Source: a virus. Taken from it: a DNA stretch of 64,000 nucleotides. Positions within the stretch are counted from its first letter, which is position 1; each line of letters opens with the position of its first letter. The translations under genes and the position numbers were made by a program. The stretch covers positions 1 through 64,000 of IMG/VR virus record IMGVR_UViG_3300042332_001447; one strand, 5' to 3'. Shown here one piece after another: positions 37,766 through 49,111 of this stretch. Under the pieces are notes generated by a model, which saw only the letters and a list, made by a program, of their open reading frames with translations, was not told the origin of the DNA and searched no databases.

Positions 37766-40700
37766 ATGTTTTGGTATAGTCTTGTAATTTCAGCTTGTGT
37801 TAAATTTCTGTTGTAGTAAAGAATTTTGCTAATACTTCCTGTAAAATAATTTGTAAAATATGTAAAATTTCTATATCTGCCAATTTCTGCTGTAGTATAG
37901 GTAGTTGTATCAGAGACAGTATAATTAGCATTAGTTACGGTTTGAAACTGTCCATTAACGCATAAAACTCCTGATAACGTTCCTGTCGTACTTGGAGCAA
38001 CGTAACTCACTGCACAAAAGTTCATTCTATTGGCACTTAAGGATGCAGCAGACGTCAAAGTGTATTCATAAGGATGAGCACTGTGTGTGTTTGCAGTGTA
38101 TTGAAGTTTATTGCTTCCTACTTGAATCGTTCCGTTGCCAGTACTAGTTGAGGTACGCTCATTTGAAATGAGAGCTCGACCATTTCCACTAGTCATGACA
38201 ACAAACGTGCCGTTTGAACCTCTGCCCATATTCAACGAAAGATTGTTAATAGAGTCAAAAAAACTCGTCGAACCGTTAAAGAACAGAGCACCTCCGCTCT
38301 TAGTTGGTCTGTTGTTAACGGTTCCTTGAATTGCATGTCTATTGTTTCCAGACTTATCAGCCCAGCGAGCAACAGCAGAACCATCAGCAGTCACCAAAGA
38401 ACCACCAGCAGTTGCATCAAAGAGAGTAGAGCTATCAGAAGCATCAAGCCAGAGTTGGAGACCAGAAATAGTAAGAGGAACTGGTGTAAGAAAGTTTTCA
38501 GCGTTCCGAGTAGGTATAAAAATTGTAGGAGACTTTATTCTATTTAAAGTGTTACCAATTAAATCTGAAGCTGTACCCGAAGGTGCAATATACTGATTGT
38601 CCGTAGATCTGTTTAAGTAATTTTTAAATAAAATAAACGAGGTTAGTACAACATCTTTATTTAAATTCATATTACTATATGTTTTCGGGTATCTAGTAGA
38701 ACTAAACGTACCGTTATCAAAGCTATATGTTACCGGGGTTGTGTTATTCCATTGTATAACCGGTGGAACTCCATCGTCATCTCCGAGTTTAAATATATAA
38801 CGACCACTTTGTAGTTGATCAGTAACATAACTGCCGACCCAATCTGCCCCGTTCTTCATAGCCCATGAGAGAGTGCTACCTGGAGCTTGTACAAAGCTGC
38901 TTCTACCGAAAATAACAGTACCATCGGTACTACTCAAACTCGGAAGAATAGTGCTGCTGTAATCATCATATGAATTAACAGCAGATAGTAAATCTAAGCC
39001 TAGAAATAAATGCTGACTTTGAGATGTAAGCTGTACATTTGTTGTTATACCAGAAAGAGTGCAAGATGTATTGTCTTTACATGTTATACCTGGAACACCG
39101 AAACGATCAGTTATTAGCGTACCGTTTCTGGCTATTATAGGTGCTGTATCAACGCTCGTGTATATTATATCATCACTATTGCCGCTCTGATCATAAAGTT
39201 TAGTTACGTAAACTGTATCTGTACCTGCCCAGCTTATTAAGTCACCACTTAAAACGCTTACTGCAGTAAAATTAACAGGTGTTATAAGGTCTGTATCTTT
39301 TACACATTGAACAACATTTGTCGCTGACCATGATAAATTAAAAAGAGCGTAACAACTAACAACACTATCTGGAAAACGTGAAACAATATACGCTGGTCCA
39401 CCGACAAGAACACTATCAGTTAAGCTATTTACATTATAATATCTATTTGCTACAGAAACATTAGCTCTAACAATCTGTCCGTTTACAGCACTACCTGGTA
39501 TCCAATTCGTTGTTGGTGTACTCGTTAAATCTAACCATATCGTGAGTGATGAGCTATCTCCCACTTGCCACGTCGAAGATACGGGGTAGTATGCGTTACT
39601 CCAGGCTGGTATTATATTAATAGCGCTATTACATTCAAAGTAAACACTATTAGAAGTTAATAGAAGCGTGCCAGTTAATACTGGGGCAGTTGGCGTCGAA
39701 GATGTCGAAAAAGCTAAGACACTACTAACTGAATTAACTCCAGCAGCTACATATCTAATAGAGCTTCTGTATAAGCTTTCACTACTTAAAACAAACACAT
39801 TATTATTAATATCTCCTACTGTTGTCCAAGTTGGGGTAGTAGCTGACAAAGGTGATACTTGCCATACAGAGCCTACACTATCTGCAAGACTCCATGTAGA
39901 ACTACCCGTGAGAGTGTAATAACCTTGAGCATCATAAGCTGTTAATACGGTTAGTGCCCTGGGTATAGGTAGATCATACGACCTTATGCTGGAGCTGTTA
40001 ATTATAGTGCTACCAAAGGGGTTACTTGCAGACACACTGTAGCGTAAAAAGGATGAAAGATCAGATGTTGTTGTGGTATACGTGAGTCCAGATGCACCTG
40101 GTATAGTGCTCCATAGAGTAGGTAACGCTACACTGGCTTTTTGCCAATTTGCACTGAGTGTATCAACATTTAACCACGTACCAGTTAATGCAGTTACAGT
40201 ATCTAGATTTTGTAAATCTGTTGTTGCGGTTATACTTTGTAAGGCAATAGGTGTTTGCTGTATCGTTCTATTCCACTTACTTTGTAGTATTTTACAGATA
40301 GTTATAATTTCTTTATTTGTTAATAAAGAACTTGTAGAAAAATACTCACATATATCACTATCACTAAAGTATTCAGTGTTATTGAAGGATAGTTTTCCGA
40401 ATGTATTATAACCTGTTATTGAAGTAAACAAAACAGGTTCGCCGTTTATATTACTGGTTTCAGAAAAAACGCTGTTGTTAAAAGTAGCAGGGCTACCATC
40501 TTGAAATAATATTGCAACTGTATTAATACTGCTATTGTTAAATATATCACTCTCTGTAAGAGTGTTTTGAGTTTTAATTTTTAACCTACTATCATCTGCA
40601 TGCCATACCGAAAAAACGGAGTTGTTTTGAGCGTTAGCAAAACCTATATAATTGTTATTTCTTCTATAAACAGCAAAGTGTGTACCTTTAGAGTTACCAA

Positions 40701-41871
40701 TTTCATTTTGTAAACTTAAAAATCGATTTGTACCACTAAAACTCAAAGCGTAATTATTGTATATATTTTCTCTAGATAGAGTCGGTCTTGAACTTAACAC
40801 TGTTTGAGTTAATGTAAAGTTACCTGTTACTCTATCATTCCATCTTGCTATTCTTTCTCCTATATTATTAGGGGTAGTTGTACCCTCTATATCTGTAAAA
40901 TACGTGCTACTATCTTCAGTGCTATACCATGTAGTAAGCTGTGGTATATCTATTGTATTGTTAACGCTTATATTCAGTGTATTTGAGTCTACAGTAACCG
41001 TGTTCATCATGTTTACACCGGTTACTGTGAATATGAAATTGCAGTTATTAAAATCACTAACATCTACGTTTAATACTTGAGATGATAATAATGTCCAGCC
41101 GTTTGTATTTGTGCCGCTTACTTTCCAATTATATGTTAGCGCAGGTTCAGGTACACCGCTCCATACCCCGAGAGTTGACGAGAGATTAAAAACAGAAGTT
41201 CTTGTTATAGACGGCGCTGTTACATTAATAACAGAGGCTACATAGGTAGTTGTTGGAGTGGGGGTGTTTGTAGGTGTAACTGACGTAGTAGGTGTAGGTG
41301 TCGGGGGTTCAGGAGTACCTGAGGGTGTCGGAGAGTTAGTGGGAGTGCTCGTGGGAGTTACTGAAGGAGACTGCGTAATAGTAGGAGTTACCGAAGGTGT
41401 TATTGTAAGGGTAACTGAAGGGGTTGGAGTAGAAGTACTAGTAGGTCTCGGTGTTATGGTAGGAGTTACTGTAGGAGTCGGGGTCTCTGTAGGAGTTGGA
41501 GTCGGGGTAGGCGTTGAAGTTTCTGTCGGAGTAACAGTGGGTGTCACAGAGCTCGTTGGTGTTTGAGTGGGAGTTTCTGTCGGGGTAGGAGTTGGAGTCG
41601 GGGTCTCGGGTGTACCAGATGGTGTTAGCGAAGGAGTCGGAGTCTGGGTTGTAGTCGGGGTAGGTGTTACAGGGTTTACAATTAATTTAACAACCTGCTG
41701 TACTGTTACTCCGTTATCTGTAAACAATATAGGTATTTCATATTCTCCAGGTTCTGTCGGAGCTGTACCAGATAGAAGGCTAACGTATGCTCCAGGAACG
41801 AGCGTGTTAGATTTTTCAATACTAACCCATTCAGGAGAATTAGGATCTAAATTAAAAGGAGTTTGAGACAT
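37762..41871 (-). CDS. Large appendage protein: long TP/TET linker, Ig-like and LamG-like domains
   Basis: About 140-aa TP repeat; [15 protein letters not shown]-terminal LamG-like domain. Confidence 0.7.
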   Translation of the reverse strand: MSQTPFNLDPNSPEWVSIEKSNTLVPGAYVSLLSGTAPTEPGEYEIPILFTDNGVTVQQVVKLIVNPVTPTPTTTQTPTPSLTPSGTPETPTPTPTPTETPTQTPTSSVTPTVTPTETSTPTPTPTPTETPTPTVTPTITPRPTSTSTPTPSVTLTITPSVTPTITQSPSVTPTSTPTNSPTPSGTPEPPTPTPTTSVTPTNTPTPTTTYVASVINVTAPSITRTSVFNLSSTLGVWSGVPEPALTYNWKVSGTNTNGWTLLSSQVLNVDVSDFNNCNFIFTVTGVNMMNTVTVDSNTLNISVNNTIDIPQLTTWYSTEDSSTYFTDIEGTTTPNNIGERIARWNDRVTGNFTLTQTVLSSRPTLSRENIYNNYALSFSGTNRFLSLQNEIGNSKGTHFAVYRRNNNYIGFANAQNNSVFSVWHADDSRLKIKTQNTLTESDIFNNSSINTVAILFQDGSPATFNNSVFSETSNINGEPVLFTSITGYNTFGKLSFNNTEYFSDSDICEYFSTSSLLTNKEIITICKILQSKWNRTIQQTPIALQSITATTDLQNLDTVTALTGTWLNVDTLSANWQKASVALPTLWSTIPGASGLTYTTTTSDLSSFLRYSVSASNPFGSTIINSSSIRSYDLPIPRALTVLTAYDAQGYYTLTGSSTWSLADSVGSVWQVSPLSATTPTWTTVGDINNNVFVLSSESLYRSSIRYVAAGVNSVSSVLAFSTSSTPTAPVLTGTLLLTSNSVYFECNSAINIIPAWSNAYYPVSSTWQVGDSSSLTIWLDLTSTPTTNWIPGSAVNGQIVRANVSVANRYYNVNSLTDSVLVGGPAYIVSRFPDSVVSCYALFNLSWSATNVVQCVKDTDLITPVNFTAVSVLSGDLISWAGTDTVYVTKLYDQSGNSDDIIYTSVDTAPIIARNGTLITDRFGVPGITCKDNTSCTLSGITTNVQLTSQSQHLFLGLDLLSAVNSYDDYSSTILPSLSSTDGTVIFGRSSFVQAPGSTLSWAMKNGADWVGSYVTDQLQSGRYIFKLGDDDGVPPVIQWNNTTPVTYSFDNGTFSSTRYPKTYSNMNLNKDVVLTSFILFKNYLNRSTDNQYIAPSGTASDLIGNTLNRIKSPTIFIPTRNAENFLTPVPLTISGLQLWLDASDSSTLFDATAGGSLVTADGSAVARWADKSGNNRHAIQGTVNNRPTKSGGALFFNGSTSFFDSINNLSLNMGRGSNGTFVVMTSGNGRALISNERTSTSTGNGTIQVGSNKLQYTANTHSAHPYEYTLTSAASLSANRMNFCAVSYVAPSTTGTLSGVLCVNGQFQTVTNANYTVSDTTTYTTAEIGRYRNFTYFTNYFTGSISKILYYNRNLTQAEITRLYQNI

Positions 41872-41877
41872 ACTAGA

Positions 41878-44049
41878 TTATGAAAGAGAAAACTGCTGGG
41901 TGGGCGGAGTAAATGTATTAGTGTACCTCGCAAAATCTTTAGTAACTCTAAAATTATCAATATAACCTTTAAAAGAATTAGTAGCGGTTTTATACGTCCC
42001 TATACTCAAAGATGTAGCGATTATAGGATGTTTGTATAGAACATCTGTTGTAAATTTTTGAGAACCATTTAAAAAGAAAAACATTTGTCCGTTTTTTCTC
42101 GTAACAGCGATATGTTGCCACGAACTTACTACGTTTGTTGCATTTACAGGCATGATTACATCATGACCAGTATAAGTGCTATTACAAACACGTAACACGT
42201 AAGCGCCTACTGCAGGGGTAACGGAAAGCGATAAACCAGTATTAAAATCGCTGTTATAACCTACATCCGTATAAGATGTTTGAAATATACCAGTTTCTTT
42301 TAAGTTATCTACTTCTTCCCATTGTAACCATGTCTCTACTGTAAAGTCTCCGTTAAAAGTGAGCTCATTAATATCAAAAGGATTTACTACAATGAAGCTA
42401 CTCGATCCTGTGAATTTATAACTATTTGCTTGAAATTTTTTAATACTACTTGAATCTTCAACTGTACCGTAGATTTTGATGTCGTTCTTTGCACTTTTGT
42501 CGTACGCTTGTATATTATCAAAGTTAAGATATAAAGATGTGTTTGATGTTACAGGTGACGCTGTGAGTTGCGGTGTAAAGGGTTGAAGCCAGTCAGTACT
42601 TGCGTTACAAATTACGTTATTTTTAATAGCGGTATTAGAAACTCTAGCACCGGACACATACCCTTTAAAGAAGTCTACATAATTAGTATTTACCAATTTT
42701 GCGCCAATGGTAGAGTAGTAACTATTAACAACATCGTAAGTAAAGTCTGTACTCGGTGACATGACCGGTGCCCCGTTTAGATACATCATTAACACAGTGT
42801 CTCCAGGAGAGTAGGTACCAGGACCGTGATCAAGAATGTTATTTTTAAATATAACACATAATTGAGACCAGGTACTATCGCTATAATCGAACCCATCTAA
42901 TGCAAACATTCTACTGTATAATTCAGTGTTTACTCCTTGATATTCAAATGTTATAAAGTCTGTATTGGTACCTATATCTTTCTGTAGACCTATTGTTATA
43001 CCTGGGGTATTATTACCATCCCCTCCATATGTTGTGAACAGTGTTTGTGTGGGGTTACTACTCGTCAAACCGTGTGGATTAAACCACATATCTATACTCC
43101 AACTACTAACACCGAAATTAAAATTACTTGTCTGTGATATTAAACAGCTACTACCATCTAACAGAACGCTGCCCCCGTGTATAGATGGAGTGTAGTTCCG
43201 TGTTGGTGGATATGGAGCGTAGGGTGTTAATTGAGTACCTTGCACTGAAAGAGATGTATTAAACGTTAAAGGTATCTTACCTCCTTGCTGCAAAGTATTT
43301 GTAGTGCTGATTATTTTACTATGATCTCGAAATATAGGTCCTTGGAACAATAATAATGTTGTGTTAATATCTGGTATAAATTTACTTGAACTAAGGTTAA
43401 AATTATCTTCTCCGTATCGGGCTATTTTTGAAACACGAAAGTTTGACATATACCCTATAAAAGAAACAGGGAAAGTACTATCTGTAGAATTAAACCCACC
43501 TATTGTCGGTGCTGTATTGCACGTGATATCAATGCTCTTATAAGTATCTGTTATTTTTTTGCCGTTTATATGTACAATAAACCGTACACCTCCTTTACGA
43601 GTAACAGCTATATGAAACCAATTTGTTGTTAAAGCCTCGGGTATTACACCCACTACGACGCTTTCATTATTGTGAAAAAGTGTTATAACTGTTTGGGTGC
43701 CTACTATATTGTTTCCTTCATTAAGTTTAAGAGTAATATATAAACCGTTATTAGTTTGTTTATCGTAACTTGAAAAAATACAGTAACCTGTTGTGTCCCC
43801 GGTCTGAGAATTTACAGAGTTATACGTATCTATATTAACCCATGTTTCAATTGTAAAATCGTTTCCTCTAAAGCTAAAGTCGTCGTTTCTTTGGTTTATG
43901 TATATAGGTGACGTATTCTTATTAAAACGCATCGACCAATTTTCATAACTATAAGGAGAAACGCTCGATTGAACTGGCTGTCCAAATGGTATTACGGAGA
44001 CACTATTAGGCGACGTATCTCTAAAAACACTATTTGTTATAAGACTCAT
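41878..44049 (-). CDS. Multi-LamG (ConA-like) virion protein
   Basis: DFTIETW, WFHIAVTR, GYMSNFRVSK, FKGYIDNFRVTK. Confidence 0.8.
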   Translation of the reverse strand: MSLITNSVFRDTSPNSVSVIPFGQPVQSSVSPYSYENWSMRFNKNTSPIYINQRNDDFSFRGNDFTIETWVNIDTYNSVNSQTGDTTGYCIFSSYDKQTNNGLYITLKLNEGNNIVGTQTVITLFHNNESVVVGVIPEALTTNWFHIAVTRKGGVRFIVHINGKKITDTYKSIDITCNTAPTIGGFNSTDSTFPVSFIGYMSNFRVSKIARYGEDNFNLSSSKFIPDINTTLLLFQGPIFRDHSKIISTTNTLQQGGKIPLTFNTSLSVQGTQLTPYAPYPPTRNYTPSIHGGSVLLDGSSCLISQTSNFNFGVSSWSIDMWFNPHGLTSSNPTQTLFTTYGGDGNNTPGITIGLQKDIGTNTDFITFEYQGVNTELYSRMFALDGFDYSDSTWSQLCVIFKNNILDHGPGTYSPGDTVLMMYLNGAPVMSPSTDFTYDVVNSYYSTIGAKLVNTNYVDFFKGYVSGARVSNTAIKNNVICNASTDWLQPFTPQLTASPVTSNTSLYLNFDNIQAYDKSAKNDIKIYGTVEDSSSIKKFQANSYKFTGSSSFIVVNPFDINELTFNGDFTVETWLQWEEVDNLKETGIFQTSYTDVGYNSDFNTGLSLSVTPAVGAYVLRVCNSTYTGHDVIMPVNATNVVSSWQHIAVTRKNGQMFFFLNGSQKFTTDVLYKHPIIATSLSIGTYKTATNSFKGYIDNFRVTKDFARYTNTFTPPTQQFSLS

Positions 44050-44077
44050 GCATATAATTATGGTAAACTCTCGAGAA

Positions 44078-44536
44078 CTAAAGCGAAAGAATTAAGCCAG
44101 TATACATGTTGTTGTTATATAGATAAGGTGTATTATACGAGTTGAGTAAGAATGACGTACGTGGTTGACGAAGTAGTATGGATGTATACGTTGGTATTGC
44201 TACTTCCTGATTTACCTCAGGGGATTCCGTAACACCGGCTACTGTTAGACTGAACGGTGTACCAGCTATTGCGGTTATGGTTAGTGGAGTAGTAATGTTT
44301 ATCGGTACTGCTGCTCCGTTTGGAGTAAACACGCACGCCCTCTCTAAACTGTATATATCTGTTCTTTTTATTCTTAATTCGATTATATGTTCCTGAGAAA
44401 GATTGTTTCTACCTATAAAAGAGTATACTACCTGTTTTTTAAGAGTATCGTAACTTATAACGGGTCTATCAATTTCAATGAATTTAAAATTAGCAAGTTG
44501 TGCTAAAAGCGTACTGTCATTTGTTATATTTGTCAT
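44078..44536 (-). CDS. Hypothetical protein
   Basis: 152 aa, coupled to the upstream gene (ATGA overlap). Confidence 0.5.
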   Translation of the reverse strand: MTNITNDSTLLAQLANFKFIEIDRPVISYDTLKKQVVYSFIGRNNLSQEHIIELRIKRTDIYSLERACVFTPNGAAVPINITTPLTITAIAGTPFSLTVAGVTESPEVNQEVAIPTYTSILLRQPRTSFLLNSYNTPYLYNNNMYTGLILSL

Positions 44537-47500
44537 ACAGGGAACACTCTTTCTAAAGTTTCTTTTGAAATATCAAGCTCGTAAATAGTTGGTAGTACAT
44601 TACTTCCACTTAACTCACATACGCTTACTAATACAATTTTTTGTTCTGGAAAAAACCACGTATCTCCAACTACAGCTAAAGGTGTACTTGCTAAATTTAT
44701 TCGTGCAAATTCTCTACTGAGATTAGTAGTCACAGGGCACGGTAATGAGAGTGTGTGAGAACTATCTACAAAACTGTAAATATTATCATCCTCGTAGCTG
44801 TATATTATTTTTTCAAAAATAACCGTGTTTGTAGTTTCGATATAGAGCGTGTCAAAAAACACATCTATTTTCTTAATACCATTACCTGTTAAATCAGCAT
44901 ATACACTTAACCCTTTATATGTATCAAAAACAGAATCTAAAGCAATATACGCTGGCTGTACGATTTGAGAATTTTTTCTTACCCATAATTCCCCGAGAAC
45001 ATTTTTTTGAGAGTAAAAATCAACTCCTGCTATATCTTTAAAAAGAGCGTACTGATTACCAAAAATATCTGTAGACCAATTATATATTCTTTTTTTTGTA
45101 TTTTTTAATTGCTGAGAATCAACCCAGTTATCTATATTGAATACCCCTGTGAAGCTTCTCGGGGCATTAAGAGAATCTATCCACTTTTCATCTCGAGTAC
45201 CACCCCAGGGGGTTAGCTTACTATTGGTTGTTACAAGCCCGTATTGTTTGTTTTTTACAGATTCTGAACTAGGTTGATATGGTATAAATTTTTGATATTT
45301 TTTAATTGCCTCTCGGTTTACGTTACCTGCAAGTTCCCCGGTAATAAACGAATCTTTTAACCATGTTGCGTTTTCTTGTAAATCTTTATAAGGCGTTATG
45401 TGATCGTGTTTTGACACACTTCTACCTGCAAAATGTACATTAACATCTTCAAAATCACTGGTAAGAGCGCTAGAGGTTGTACCGAGATTGAATGTATAGT
45501 CTTTAGAGTTGTACAAACTCGTACCTAGATTATTAGGTAGAAAGTATCCGCCAGTATCTTTTTGAGCGTATATACTCTCAAGAGTAGGCATACGCGCAAC
45601 TGTAGGTGTAAATCTATTAGCAAAATGTGCCCATGGACGAGTAGCGTTGTAGCTTATATTTGCTGTATTTTCTGTAGTAATGGTTTTAAGTACTTGTGGT
45701 ACAGCTGTTATATTCCATGTAAATGTGTTTATCGCGTTATAATAAATCTCTACAGGTTCGTTGTTAACAATATTTGTTAACGTTATAGGCGAAGGACTTG
45801 AAAGCGGTATTACTACTAAATCAATGTTATCTCTTAGATTATCAATAACCCCTTGTAGCTTTGTAGTACTCGTGACTGTGAAATTAAGCGTGCACCATTG
45901 TTTTTCGTTAACCTCTATTTTTCTTTCTAGAGGTTGTTTCCATACTAATAGATTGTTATACTTTCTTTCATATTCAACATATTGACCTGTCTCAAGCAAG
46001 ATAGTTGAAATGTCAGGCTGAGTGATAAAATTATATGTGTCGTATACTTTTATCGGTATGCCCCAACTTTCTGTACCCTTAAAATCAGTTTTATTCGATT
46101 TATCTGTATAAGCTTTTGCCCAGAATGGTCTTGCACCTGGAGTTGTTGTAAATTTTTGCGCAAATGAGTTATAATCCCAACCGAAGAGATCAGTGTTTAA
46201 AATAAACCCTGGAACCGGAGTGTCTATAGCTGTTAAGGATGTTGCTTCCTGTAATAAAGGTACAGCAGTTATAGAGGGTATATTATTAAAAGTATATAGC
46301 CCAGTTGTACCGGGTGTATATATTGCACCTCCAGTAGCGTTAAATGTGAAAGTTGTCTGGTTACCTGTTAACGCTACTACTGAGACCTTATATTCACCAG
46401 TAATAACCGGAGTAAACGAGAATCCAGCTACGTCATTATAAGTTGCTACCGTGCCAGATGGATCGGTTAAACTCCAGCTCTTAACGCTTAAAATACGATC
46501 TCTATTTAAAAGCGGTATCCCTCCAGGTATAATTGCTGCAGCTGCAGCTGGGTCTGTAAAAGAGTTATTAGGGTACGTTACGTAAACTGTCTGGGTAATA
46601 TTTGTAATAGGACTGCTAGGGTCTACAATAGTTAAATAGTCGTAGTTAGACCATAGGCTTCCTTTATTTTCTGTTATTGTTAGTTGTTGAAGGTTATTAC
46701 CTGTAATCTGGAAAGAAGTCGTACTCGCTTTTTCGTATATAAGTAAGTCTTCTTGATTTAGGATCATATCAGAAGCGATCCCGGTATTATACCAAACATT
46801 ATCTACTTTCTTTGCCTTTACCCAGGTTTTTTCTCGAATGTCTGAATATTTGTGTCTTAGCGTGAGAGATGGTAAATTACTTGTACTATTATCTATAGCT
46901 TTTAAGTTCGGTCTATAAAAACAATACGGCTTACCTTTTACCAATCTTGGTATACCGCCAGGTATACCAGATATCCACTTACCGTCTCCGAAACCTGTTT
47001 TACTGTTCGTTTTATACCATGCAAACGCTAAACTGTTTTTATAGTTATTATTAGCTGTATCTCTCCAATCAAGAAGTACAAACACGTCTTCAAGTTTTAA
47101 AATTCCGGTATCTTCAAAGATAATATCTGCATAGCTGTTATTATCTGTTACTGTTGCTCCTGCGTGACCGAATGGCGAGAAATGCACTGCTCCGCAGGTA
47201 CATTTACTGAAATCTGTATACGTTAAAGTTTTATCTGTTACATACGGACAATCATCTTGATGAGCATAAGTTTTAAAGACTGTGTTTATATCCGTCTGAG
47301 TCGTACCATCCCATATAAATCTCGTGAGGGTACCTGCTTCTCCTATGAGATTTAAACTAGTCTGTCTTGTAAATATAAAACCAGATTGTTTTATATTTAC
47401 GCCTGATAGCCATGCACACTCCGTGGCTTGTTCTTTAGTGTGTTTGTAGTTTGTGATCTTATACACTACATCTGCACTAGTTATAGCGTCAGAGGCTGTA

Positions 47501-49098
47501 CTAAAGGGCAATTCTATACTCGTGAGCGATTTTTGATTGCAAATAAAAACATCTTTCGGGTAATAATCTGGAAAAGTTTCTTCTTTATTAACTCTCTCGT
47601 ATGGCCAATAAATAACGTTTTCTCCAGGGGCAATCGGTATATCAGTACGGGTAAACCGGTACAGCCAAGCTTGATTCGATTCTCCTTTATAGGATGATTC
47701 AAACGTATATGGCGGTACTTGCCATGTACGCATCTTATCAGCATTTGTGTAATTGGTACTCGCAAACGCCTTACAGTCTATTAAGGAGGTATTATTTATT
47801 GCTACCGGTACTACTGTCGTAAGTGTGTGATTGAAATTCCAATACGCATACTCAACACTTTTTTTAAAAGAATTATCTAGGTAAAAAAACTCCGAAGTAA
47901 AGGTCATAGATGGCCCTGTCCATTCCATATTTTCGCTTGACAGTCCGTAACCTGGATACGGAAAAATAAAGGATGTTTTTTTGCTACTATCGATATATGA
48001 AATCATATCGACGTCTACGGTGTTATACTGTTTTAGCTGTAACCACGCACCTTCTACTCCGTTCGCTGTCTTAACAAAAATAGTATCTGCACCTTCAATA
48101 CTTACCCCTGCTGTACCTAATGTTTCTATATCCGTAGCTGTTAACGGCTGAGGCACATATCTTGTATCACTAATGACCTCAGATCTATAAACTCCCACTG
48201 GCCACAAAAAGAAATTATTACCTGTATTAATATCGATACTATAATTCTCTACGTTCTGGGTTTGATTTATTAGATCGCTTATGTAGTGATCTTGACCTGC
48301 GTATTTTGCTAAATACTCCGTAGCAATATCTAGTCCTGTGTCTGGGTTAAATAAGTCTCCTGTAAGGGTGATATTATTAGTAAATAGCCATTCAAGCTCA
48401 GGCAAATTAAGATCTTTTGTTTTAAAAAACTTCTTTGTAGTAGAATCATTTAAATCAAAATACGCAGAAACCGGCATCGTACTACTATGATCAAAATAGC
48501 TATGATCATCGTAAATTTCTTCTACCTGGGCAACTAAGGTATCTTTTGTAGCACTTAAATCTGGTATATTTGCGAAAATATAGGAAGGGATATGTAATGT
48601 GTTGTACTCGGATTTTGAGAAGTTACTAAGTACATGTTCCTTTGAATCTAGAATAAACCCTGTACCTGTACCACCTATGTTATATTGTAGTTTTGATCTT
48701 TTAAGTTTTTTACGTAGTTCAATGTAATATAATGATATTTCTTTTAATTTTTTTGCAAAAAAAGGTATAGCTAGTAAAACTTCTCGTTCGCTACTAAAAT
48801 TAATAAAATTATACCATTTTTCTTTTTCTTCTTGCGTAAAAAAGACCTGTAACTGTTTTAATAATGATAAATAGCGAACTTTAAGATCATTAGTTTTTTC
48901 ATTTATAAAAGTATCTTTTTTCGCTGTATACCAATCGGTGAGGTATTGATTGTATAGCGTGTACTCTTGACCCGGTATAATACCAACTCTCGTATTAACC
49001 CAATCTTTAAACGACAAAGGATCTTCTATATCGTGAGCTTTTGCCGTTGTGCTTATCGGGGCTGCATAAATTGAGAGATGTTGTTTATTAGTTTCCAC
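44533..49098 (-). CDS. Very large hypothetical (baseplate/structural) protein
   Basis: 1521-aa ORF in the structural operon. Confidence 0.65.
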   Translation of the reverse strand: METNKQHLSIYAAPISTTAKAHDIEDPLSFKDWVNTRVGIIPGQEYTLYNQYLTDWYTAKKDTFINEKTNDLKVRYLSLLKQLQVFFTQEEKEKWYNFINFSSEREVLLAIPFFAKKLKEISLYYIELRKKLKRSKLQYNIGGTGTGFILDSKEHVLSNFSKSEYNTLHIPSYIFANIPDLSATKDTLVAQVEEIYDDHSYFDHSSTMPVSAYFDLNDSTTKKFFKTKDLNLPELEWLFTNNITLTGDLFNPDTGLDIATEYLAKYAGQDHYISDLINQTQNVENYSIDINTGNNFFLWPVGVYRSEVISDTRYVPQPLTATDIETLGTAGVSIEGADTIFVKTANGVEGAWLQLKQYNTVDVDMISYIDSSKKTSFIFPYPGYGLSSENMEWTGPSMTFTSEFFYLDNSFKKSVEYAYWNFNHTLTTVVPVAINNTSLIDCKAFASTNYTNADKMRTWQVPPYTFESSYKGESNQAWLYRFTRTDIPIAPGENVIYWPYERVNKEETFPDYYPKDVFICNQKSLTSIELPFSTASDAITSADVVYKITNYKHTKEQATECAWLSGVNIKQSGFIFTRQTSLNLIGEAGTLTRFIWDGTTQTDINTVFKTYAHQDDCPYVTDKTLTYTDFSKCTCGAVHFSPFGHAGATVTDNNSYADIIFEDTGILKLEDVFVLLDWRDTANNNYKNSLAFAWYKTNSKTGFGDGKWISGIPGGIPRLVKGKPYCFYRPNLKAIDNSTSNLPSLTLRHKYSDIREKTWVKAKKVDNVWYNTGIASDMILNQEDLLIYEKASTTSFQITGNNLQQLTITENKGSLWSNYDYLTIVDPSSPITNITQTVYVTYPNNSFTDPAAAAAIIPGGIPLLNRDRILSVKSWSLTDPSGTVATYNDVAGFSFTPVITGEYKVSVVALTGNQTTFTFNATGGAIYTPGTTGLYTFNNIPSITAVPLLQEATSLTAIDTPVPGFILNTDLFGWDYNSFAQKFTTTPGARPFWAKAYTDKSNKTDFKGTESWGIPIKVYDTYNFITQPDISTILLETGQYVEYERKYNNLLVWKQPLERKIEVNEKQWCTLNFTVTSTTKLQGVIDNLRDNIDLVVIPLSSPSPITLTNIVNNEPVEIYYNAINTFTWNITAVPQVLKTITTENTANISYNATRPWAHFANRFTPTVARMPTLESIYAQKDTGGYFLPNNLGTSLYNSKDYTFNLGTTSSALTSDFEDVNVHFAGRSVSKHDHITPYKDLQENATWLKDSFITGELAGNVNREAIKKYQKFIPYQPSSESVKNKQYGLVTTNSKLTPWGGTRDEKWIDSLNAPRSFTGVFNIDNWVDSQQLKNTKKRIYNWSTDIFGNQYALFKDIAGVDFYSQKNVLGELWVRKNSQIVQPAYIALDSVFDTYKGLSVYADLTGNGIKKIDVFFDTLYIETTNTVIFEKIIYSYEDDNIYSFVDSSHTLSLPCPVTTNLSREFARINLASTPLAVVGDTWFFPEQKIVLVSVCELSGSNVLPTIYELDISKETLERVFPV

Positions 49099-49111
49099 GC
49101 TATATAAGTAT

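Noticed and set aside
4330-38465. Diversity-generating retroelement TR/VR pair
   Set aside because: Differences are not adenine-specific and no reverse transcriptase is present in the window.
34380-41866. Val-Gly-rich plus-strand ORFs (34380, 35763, 41258, 41567)
   Set aside because: Antisense shadows of Thr-Pro repeats.
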